From positions 1 to 54,121 of the forward strand of contig JBMYYR010000005.1 in the NCBI GenBank assembly GCA_049609625.1: a DNA stretch of 54,121 nucleotides, written 5' to 3'. A program made the translations under genes and the position numbers. This DNA comes from Flavobacteriales bacterium. GTDB lineage: Bacteria; Bacteroidota; Bacteroidia; Flavobacteriales; CAJXXR01. The notes beneath the pieces were generated by a model. It had not been told where the DNA came from. It searched no databases and saw only the letters and a program-made list of their open reading frames with translations. This document shows, piece after piece, positions 48,520 to 54,121 of the stretch (positions are counted from its first letter, which is position 1; every line of letters begins with the position of its first letter).

Positions 48520-48927
48520 CTAGCGTTGAATATGAACAGATTCTGCAATAATATGTTTTTCTGTTGCGTCATATTTTCCTGAAACAATCGCCCGACGGCC
48601 TCGAATAAACTTTGGCAAAGCCTGCACATGATCGCACAAAATAAATAATTCCTCACCTTTTGGGTTTTTCAACGAAATCCAACGTCCTGGCTTCCCAGAA
48701 GTTTCCGATAGAATTTCACCTTCCAAAGTAAAATGTTTTTGATCTGTATAGTTTAATAAATCCTGAAAAGATTCCATACTAAACACGGTATCGTTTTGGA
48801 ACGCCTCGCCGAACGTAAAGTAGTGTTCAAAATCGACGGTTGGGGTTAAGGTTTTGAACTCAGGAGTGGAATCGCAAGAAGCAAGACCTAAACTTAGAGC
48901 CAAAAGACACAAAGCAATTTTTTTCAT
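48520..48927 (-). CDS. small lipoprotein, probable OB-fold (DUF4920-like)
   Basis: Lipobox LASC, then FGEAF, TLEGEI, W..L, AIVSG, AESV.I. A TAGCTTTG -7 element lies at 48975-48982. Confidence 0.65.
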   Translation of the reverse strand: MKKIALCLLALSLGLASCDSTPEFKTLTPTVDFEHYFTFGEAFQNDTVFSMESFQDLLNYTDQKHFTLEGEILSETSGKPGRWISLKNPKGEELFILCDHVQALPKFIRGRRAIVSGKYDATEKHIIAESVHIQR

Positions 48928-49142
48928 CTGATGTTGTTTTAATTTAATTGTGAAAACATAAAAATTTGAATCGACAAAGCTACACTTTTCTCTAAACCCA
49001 AAATTATAGATCAGCTAAAAGCTTGACGAAAACATCTTCGATGTGTCAGTAAAAAGACTCTCAGAAAATCAAAATCGGAAAAAATGTCAGGTAAATTTTG
49101 GAAATTAGTCTTATTGACAGTCGAAATGAAGATTGGAAGCCA

Positions 49143-49157
49143 TGGCACAACATTTGA
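49143..49157 (+). promoter_or_regulatory. sigma54-like -24/-12 element upstream of dnaK
   Basis: TGGCAC-AACAT-TTGA versus consensus TGGCAC-N5-TTGC, ending 53 nt before the dnaK ATG. Confidence 0.5.
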
Positions 49158-49210
49158 CTTTAGGCGATTGTTCAGAAAAAAACTATGTATAACCAGTAAA
49201 CAACAATACA

Positions 49211-51100
49211 ATGAGTAAAATAATAGGAATTGACTTAGGAACCACAAACTCGTGTGTTTCGGTGATGGAAGGAAACGAACCTACGGTAATTGCGAACAGC
49301 GAAGGACGTAGAACCACGCCATCAATGATTGCCTTTGTAGATGGAGGCGAAATTAAAGTTGGAGATGCTGCCAAAAGACAAGCCATCACCAACCCAACAA
49401 AAACCATCTATTCTATTAAGCGTTTTATGGGTGAATCTTTTGACAATGTAACAAAAGAAATCTCAAACGTACCTTATAAAGTAGTGAAAGGCGACAACAA
49501 CACAGCACGTGTTGACATCGACGGAAAACTTTATACACCACAAGAACTTTCGGCAATGACACTTCAAAAAATGAAGAAAACCGCCGAGGATTATTTAGGA
49601 ACTTCAGTAAGCGAAGCTGTTATTACAGTACCAGCTTATTTCAACGATGCCCAAAGACAAGCGACCAAAGAAGCTGGTGAAATTGCAGGATTAAAAGTTC
49701 GTCGAATCATCAACGAACCAACCGCAGCTGCTTTAGCTTATGGTTTGGATAAGAAAAATGAAGACCGAACGATTGCCGTTTTCGACCTTGGAGGTGGAAC
49801 ATTCGATATTTCGATTCTTGAACTTGGCGATGGCGTTTTTGAAGTAAAATCGACAAATGGAGATACGCATTTGGGTGGAGATGACTTTGACCAAGTGATT
49901 ATCGATTGGTTGGCTGCTGAGTTCAAATCAGCTGAAAACATGGATCTTAAACAAGACCCAATGGCACTTCAGCGTTTGAAAGAAGCTGCTGAGAAAGCAA
50001 AAGTTGAACTTTCGTCTTCTACTCAAACAGAAATCAATTTGCCATACATCACGGCAACAGCTTCGGGACCAAAACACTTAGTGAAAACCTTGACACGTTC
50101 TAAATTTGAGCAATTAGCTGACAGTTTAATTCAACGTTCGATTGAGCCTTGTAGAAAAGCGATGGATGATGCCGGATTGAGCAACAGCGACATCGACGAA
50201 GTGATTTTAGTTGGTGGATCGACTCGTATTCCAGCGATTCAAGACGTGGTTAAAAAATTCTTCGGAAAAGACCCTTCAAAAGGTGTAAACCCTGATGAAG
50301 TTGTTGCAATAGGTGCGGCTGTTCAAGGTGGTATATTCCAGGGTGACGTAAATGATGTGTTATTACTTGATGTTACTCCACTTTCTTTAGGTATCGAAAC
50401 AATGGGTGGTGTGATGACGAAGCTCATTGAAGCCAACACAACGATTCCGACAAACAAATCTCAGGTGTTTTCTACGGCTGCCGACAATCAGCCAGCGGTT
50501 GATATTCACGTCCTTCAAGGTGAACGCTCGATGGCAAATGACAACAAAACAATTGGTAGATTCCAATTAGCTGACATTCCGCCAGCACGCCGAGGAGAGC
50601 CACAAATTGAAGTTGCTTTTGATATTGATGCCAACGGTATTTTGAAAGTTACAGCAAAAGATCAGAAAACAGGAAAAGAGCAACATATTAAGATAGAAGC
50701 GTCTTCTGGATTGTCTGATGCGGACATCGAACGTATGAAGGCGGAAGCGGAAGCGAATGCAGATGCGGATTTGAAAGCCAAAGAATCTGCCGACAAAATA
50801 AACCAAGCCGACCAGACGATTTTCCAAACCGAAAAACAACTGGAAGAGCATGGAGATAAATTGCCAGAAGATCAAAAATCGGCCATAGAAACAGCTCTTG
50901 AGGAATTGAAAAAAGCCCACGCTGCCAAAGACGTCGCTTTGATTGACCCAGCGCTCGAAACGCTAAACAAACTCCTTCAAGACATGTCGCAAGCTATGCA
51001 AAACCAACAAGGTGGCGCCGCCGGAGACCAAGCATCAGAACCAACTGCAGATGCAGGAACAGAAGATGTGCAAGATGTAGATTTTGAAGAAGTGAAGTAA
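49211..51100 (+). CDS. dnaK: molecular chaperone DnaK (Hsp70)
   Basis: [78 protein letters not shown]. Confidence 0.99.
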   Translation: MSKIIGIDLGTTNSCVSVMEGNEPTVIANSEGRRTTPSMIAFVDGGEIKVGDAAKRQAITNPTKTIYSIKRFMGESFDNVTKEISNVPYKVVKGDNNTARVDIDGKLYTPQELSAMTLQKMKKTAEDYLGTSVSEAVITVPAYFNDAQRQATKEAGEIAGLKVRRIINEPTAAALAYGLDKKNEDRTIAVFDLGGGTFDISILELGDGVFEVKSTNGDTHLGGDDFDQVIIDWLAAEFKSAENMDLKQDPMALQRLKEAAEKAKVELSSSTQTEINLPYITATASGPKHLVKTLTRSKFEQLADSLIQRSIEPCRKAMDDAGLSNSDIDEVILVGGSTRIPAIQDVVKKFFGKDPSKGVNPDEVVAIGAAVQGGIFQGDVNDVLLLDVTPLSLGIETMGGVMTKLIEANTTIPTNKSQVFSTAADNQPAVDIHVLQGERSMANDNKTIGRFQLADIPPARRGEPQIEVAFDIDANGILKVTAKDQKTGKEQHIKIEASSGLSDADIERMKAEAEANADADLKAKESADKINQADQTIFQTEKQLEEHGDKLPEDQKSAIETALEELKKAHAAKDVALIDPALETLNKLLQDMSQAMQNQQGGAAGDQASEPTADAGTEDVQDVDFEEVK

Positions 51101-51132
51101 TTGCGATTAATATCCATTACTAAATTGACTAT

Positions 51133-51168
51133 AAAAAGCAGTAAACTAATCGTTTACTGCTTTTTTTT
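51133..51168 (+). terminator. intrinsic terminator after dnaK
   Basis: AAAAAGCAGTAAAC-taatc-GTTTACTGCTTTTTTTT. Confidence 0.88.
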
Positions 51169-51366
51169 GTTGAAAACATTTACTTTAACACTACTTTGTT
51201 TTTAAATAGTGATGCGGCTAGGATTCATTTTAAAAACAATCTGATTTTTTAAGCATTGCTATGAAGAGAAAAATCAAATTATTTTGAAAACGGAAATTCT
51301 ACATAGATTCGCAATGTATTGATAGTCAGTTTTATAAAGTAATTTTCATAAATAATTAAATAATTT

Positions 51367-51446
51367 GTCCCGAAAATAGATATTATTCGGGACGAATATT
51401 TCGTTAAAAACACATATAAGTCCCATTTATTTACTATTTTTGGGAC
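51367..51446. promoter_or_regulatory. twin inverted-repeat operators GTCCC-N17-GGGAC upstream of the AbiE-type antitoxin
   Basis: GTCCCGAA-N11-TTCGGGAC (51367-51393) and GTCCCA-N15-TGGGAC (51420-51446). Both are exactly 27 bp and their starts are 53 bp apart. Confidence 0.75.
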
Positions 51447-51447
51447 A

Positions 51448-52029
51448 ATGTTAGATTTAATGACCATAGAAAAAGAAATTAATAAAGGAGAAATCTTCTT
51501 TATCTCAGATTTTACTGAACTTGGTAATTATGAAGCTGTGCGAAAATCTCTGCAACGTCTTACAAAAGACAATAGTATTAAACGCATTGCAAAAGGAATC
51601 TATTTTTTACCTAAAGAACATAAATTTCTAGGCATCATCTATCCTCACGCAGAACAAATAGCGAAAGCAATAGCAAAGCGTGACAAGGCAAGAATAATAG
51701 CTACAGGTTCTACTGCTTTAAATTTGTTAGGTTTATCTACTCAAATTCCGTTGAAAGTTGTGTTCTTAACAGATGGTTCAGCAAGAAAAATAAAAGTCGG
51801 AAACCAAACAATTCAGTTTAAAAAAACAAATCCAAAAAATCTTAGTATTAAGCACCGGCTATCTAATCTTGTAATACAAGCATTAAAAGAAATTGGAGAG
51901 AAAAATGTAACAGAAGAACAGGTTCAAAAAATACAGACGATAATTGAAGAAAGTCAGGAACGAAATATTATCAATGAAAATTTGAAAAATGCTCCTGTTT
52001 GGATTCAAAAAATAATGATAAATAAATGA
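51448..52029 (+). CDS. DUF6088/AbiEi-like antitoxin and transcriptional regulator
   Basis: N-terminal wHTH (F..SDF...YEAVRKSLQRL...IKRIAKGIY), ALNLLGLSTQIP..VVFLTDGSARKI, APVWI. ATGA overlap with abiEii. The start may be 51460. Confidence 0.85.
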   Translation: MLDLMTIEKEINKGEIFFISDFTELGNYEAVRKSLQRLTKDNSIKRIAKGIYFLPKEHKFLGIIYPHAEQIAKAIAKRDKARIIATGSTALNLLGLSTQIPLKVVFLTDGSARKIKVGNQTIQFKKTNPKNLSIKHRLSNLVIQALKEIGEKNVTEEQVQKIQTIIEESQERNIINENLKNAPVWIQKIMINK

Positions 52030-53009
52030 ATAACTGGTTAAAATTATCAAAAGAAGAGCAAATAGAATTGTTTACCCAAATTGGTGTAAAAACAAATCTA
52101 CCACTCCAGGCAGTTGAAAAAGATGCTTGGATAACGTTAATGCTACGCATGATTTTTACTTCAAACTTAGCCAATCATTTAATATTTAAAGGTGGAACTT
52201 CATTAAGTAAAGCTTTTGATTTGATTCATCGATTTTCGGAAGATATTGATTTAGGAATTGACAGAAAGCACTTAGGGTTTGCAGGAGATTTATCTAAAGG
52301 GCAAATTCGAAAATTAAGAAGAACTTGCCACACATTTGTTTCTACTGATTTATCTGAAACACTTCAAAAACAATTAACTGCCTACGGTATTGATGCTAGT
52401 TTGTATGAGATAGTTGTTGAAAATACGCAAGTATCTGACCAAGACCCAGAAACGATTAAAGTCAATTATCAATCACTATTTGAAGATGTATCTTATCTTC
52501 CTAAAAGAGTATTAATAGAAGTTAGTGCAAGGTCATTAATAGAACCAAATCAAGAAGTTGCCCTAAAATCAATGATTGATGAACAGTATCCAGAAACAAA
52601 TTTTGCAGAACAGGAGTTTACGGTAAATACAACCAATCCTCAAAAAACATTTTTGGAAAAACTGATTTTATTGCATGAAGAATTTCAAAAGCCAATAGAA
52701 AAAATCAGGTATCTACGAATGTCAAGACATTTTTATGATATAGGACAAATATTAAATTCTGAATACGGACAAAATGCTTTAAAAAACACTGACCTTTTTG
52801 AAGGTATTATAGCTCACAGAAGCGTTCTAACACCAATGAAAACAACCAACTATGAAGTATTGACCTTAAAAAACCTCAATATAATACCACCAGATGCGTT
52901 ACTTGAAGAGTACAGATCTGATTATAAAGAGATGCAAAACAGCATGATACATGGCGAATCGCTTGATTTTGATACGCTACTTGAAACAATAATAAACGAA
53001 TTGAAATAA
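52026..53009 (+). CDS. AbiEii/AbiGii-family nucleotidyltransferase toxin
   Basis: AVEKD.W, LIFKGGTSLSKAF.LI.RFSEDIDL, TFLEKL.LLHE, RMSRHFYD. Confidence 0.92.
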   Translation: MNNWLKLSKEEQIELFTQIGVKTNLPLQAVEKDAWITLMLRMIFTSNLANHLIFKGGTSLSKAFDLIHRFSEDIDLGIDRKHLGFAGDLSKGQIRKLRRTCHTFVSTDLSETLQKQLTAYGIDASLYEIVVENTQVSDQDPETIKVNYQSLFEDVSYLPKRVLIEVSARSLIEPNQEVALKSMIDEQYPETNFAEQEFTVNTTNPQKTFLEKLILLHEEFQKPIEKIRYLRMSRHFYDIGQILNSEYGQNALKNTDLFEGIIAHRSVLTPMKTTNYEVLTLKNLNIIPPDALLEEYRSDYKEMQNSMIHGESLDFDTLLETIINELK

Positions 53010-54121
53010 ATGTCAGACGAACAAAAACGAATACTAGAAAGTAGCCTTTGGGCAATTGCAAACTTGCTAAGAGGAAAAATGAATCCTGATGATTATAGAG
53101 ATTATATTTTAGGCTTTATCTTCTTTAAATACCTTTCTGAAAAGCAAAATATCTACGTTACCGAATTACTACAAGGCGAAGATGAAACCGATTTTACAAA
53201 AGTAACAGACCAAGAAACCTTAGAGGCTTTACGCGAAGAATGTTTAATAAAACTAGGTTACTATTTAGAACCTAAAGAGTTGTTTGCTGCAATTGCAGAA
53301 AAAGGAAACAATAACATTGAAGGCGAAAGCAATTTTATACTAGACGAGCTTCAAGCTGTATTAAACCATATTGAGCAAAGCACAATGGGTAACGATTCAG
53401 AAGAAGACTTTGCAGCCTTGTTTGAAGATTTAGATTTAACTTCTACCAAATTAGGTAGAACAGTTAGTGCAAGAAATGAGGTAATTGTAAAAATTATTAA
53501 CGAATTGCATAAAATTGATTTTAAATTGGAAGATTTAGAATCTGATGTTTTAGGTGATGCTTACGAATATCTGATTGGAAAATTTGCGGCACTTGCTGGA
53601 AAATCTAAAGGTGAATTTTACACACCAAAACAAGTGTCTAAAATACTAGCAAAAATAGTAACACACGGAAAAACAAAATTAAAATCGGTTTACGACCCAA
53701 CTTGTGGTTCTGGTTCACTTTTATTACGTGTAAAAAAAGAAGCCGAAGTAAGTGAATATTATGGGCAAGAACTCAATCGTACCACATACAACTTGGCTCG
53801 TATGAATATGATATTGCACGATATTCATTACCGAAAGTTTGATATTAAAAATGAAGATACTTTAGAAAACCCACAACATTTAGACAAGCGTTTTGAAGCC
53901 GTTGTAGCAAACCCACCATTTTCTGCACATTGGAAAGGAAATAAAAATCCATTGAACAGCACAGACGAGCGTTTTGCTCAATATGGAAAATTAGCGCCAA
54001 ACACTAAAGCCGACTATGCTTTTGTACAACACATGTACTACCAACTAGCTGATAACGGAACAATGGCAGTTGTTTTACCACACGGAGCATTGTTTAGAGG
54101 TGGTGCAGAAAACTTAATTAG
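53010..54121 (+). CDS. hsdM: type I restriction-modification methyltransferase subunit M (3' end runs off the window)
   Basis: Hand translation from ATG 53010: MSDEQKRILESSLWAIANLLRGKM...YRDYILGFIFFKYLSE, DVLGDAYEYLIGKFA, GEFYTP, VYDPTCGSGSLL (motif I), ANPPF (motif IV), VVLPHGALFRG. Confidence 0.97.
   Translation, partial: MSDEQKRILESSLWAIANLLRGKMNPDDYRDYILGFIFFKYLSEKQNIYVTELLQGEDETDFTKVTDQETLEALREECLIKLGYYLEPKELFAAIAEKGNNNIEGESNFILDELQAVLNHIEQSTMGNDSEEDFAALFEDLDLTSTKLGRTVSARNEVIVKIINELHKIDFKLEDLESDVLGDAYEYLIGKFAALAGKSKGEFYTPKQVSKILAKIVTHGKTKLKSVYDPTCGSGSLLLRVKKEAEVSEYYGQELNRTTYNLARMNMILHDIHYRKFDIKNEDTLENPQHLDKRFEAVVANPPFSAHWKGNKNPLNSTDERFAQYGKLAPNTKADYAFVQHMYYQLADNGTMAVVLPHGALFRGGAENLI

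Larger units (their letters stand above)
51180..54121. mobile_element. left part of a probable horizontally acquired defence island (boundary approximate)
   Basis: Visibly more AT-rich sequence and a shift to TTA/ATA/ACA-type codons right after the dnaK terminator. The cargo is a TA pair plus type I R-M. No integrase or att site is seen in the window. Confidence 0.5.

Noticed and set aside
49011-50920. Antisense ORFs over dnaK (also over purH, mreB, aspS and nhaA)
   Set aside because: Typical antisense open frames of conserved, codon-biased genes, with no independent evidence.
1-54121. tRNA, rRNA, IS/transposase or integrase
   Set aside because: No cloverleaf, rRNA-like or transposase/integrase signatures recognised by eye. 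A tRNAscan/Infernal run would be needed to exclude small RNAs formally.

Overview
A 54 kb, AT-rich chromosomal window from a Bacteroidota bacterium, probably Flavobacteriales. The assignment is inferred from TAnnTTTG promoters, A-rich starts without Shine-Dalgarno sites, T9SS C-terminal domains and gene order. Most of the window is housekeeping: M23 peptidase (partial), alaS, a 2OG-Fe(II) oxygenase/SUI1/cmk block, nhaA, an MntR-regulated Mn/Zn/Fe ABC operon, yidD, mscS, pbpC, padR-pspC, ribE-aspS-purH-mreBCD-mrdA-rodA-ABC ATPase, tonB, relA/spoT-thyA-folA, a large T9SS-secreted BNR/PKD/SprB protein and dnaK. The standout region is 32.7-39.8 kb. It holds an OprO/OprP-type phosphate porin behind Pho-box-like repeats, a T9SS-secreted CotH-family kinase, and a three-gene operon encoding a stand-alone VTC (Vtc4-like) polyphosphate-polymerase domain, a DUF4956 membrane protein and a DUF2490 outer-membrane barrel, divergent from relA/spoT. 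I infer a candidate trans-envelope system that makes, exports and uses polyphosphate. Other notable items are an ABC permease fused to a DtxR-like domain (YtgCR-like), clear operator palindromes for MntR and PadR, and a sigma54-like element before dnaK. After dnaK a defence island begins, in which an AbiE-type toxin-antitoxin pair with twin operators is tightly coupled to a type I R-M hsdM gene. I recognised no rRNA, tRNA, CRISPR array or transposase. All family assignments come from motif recognition by eye, not database searches.
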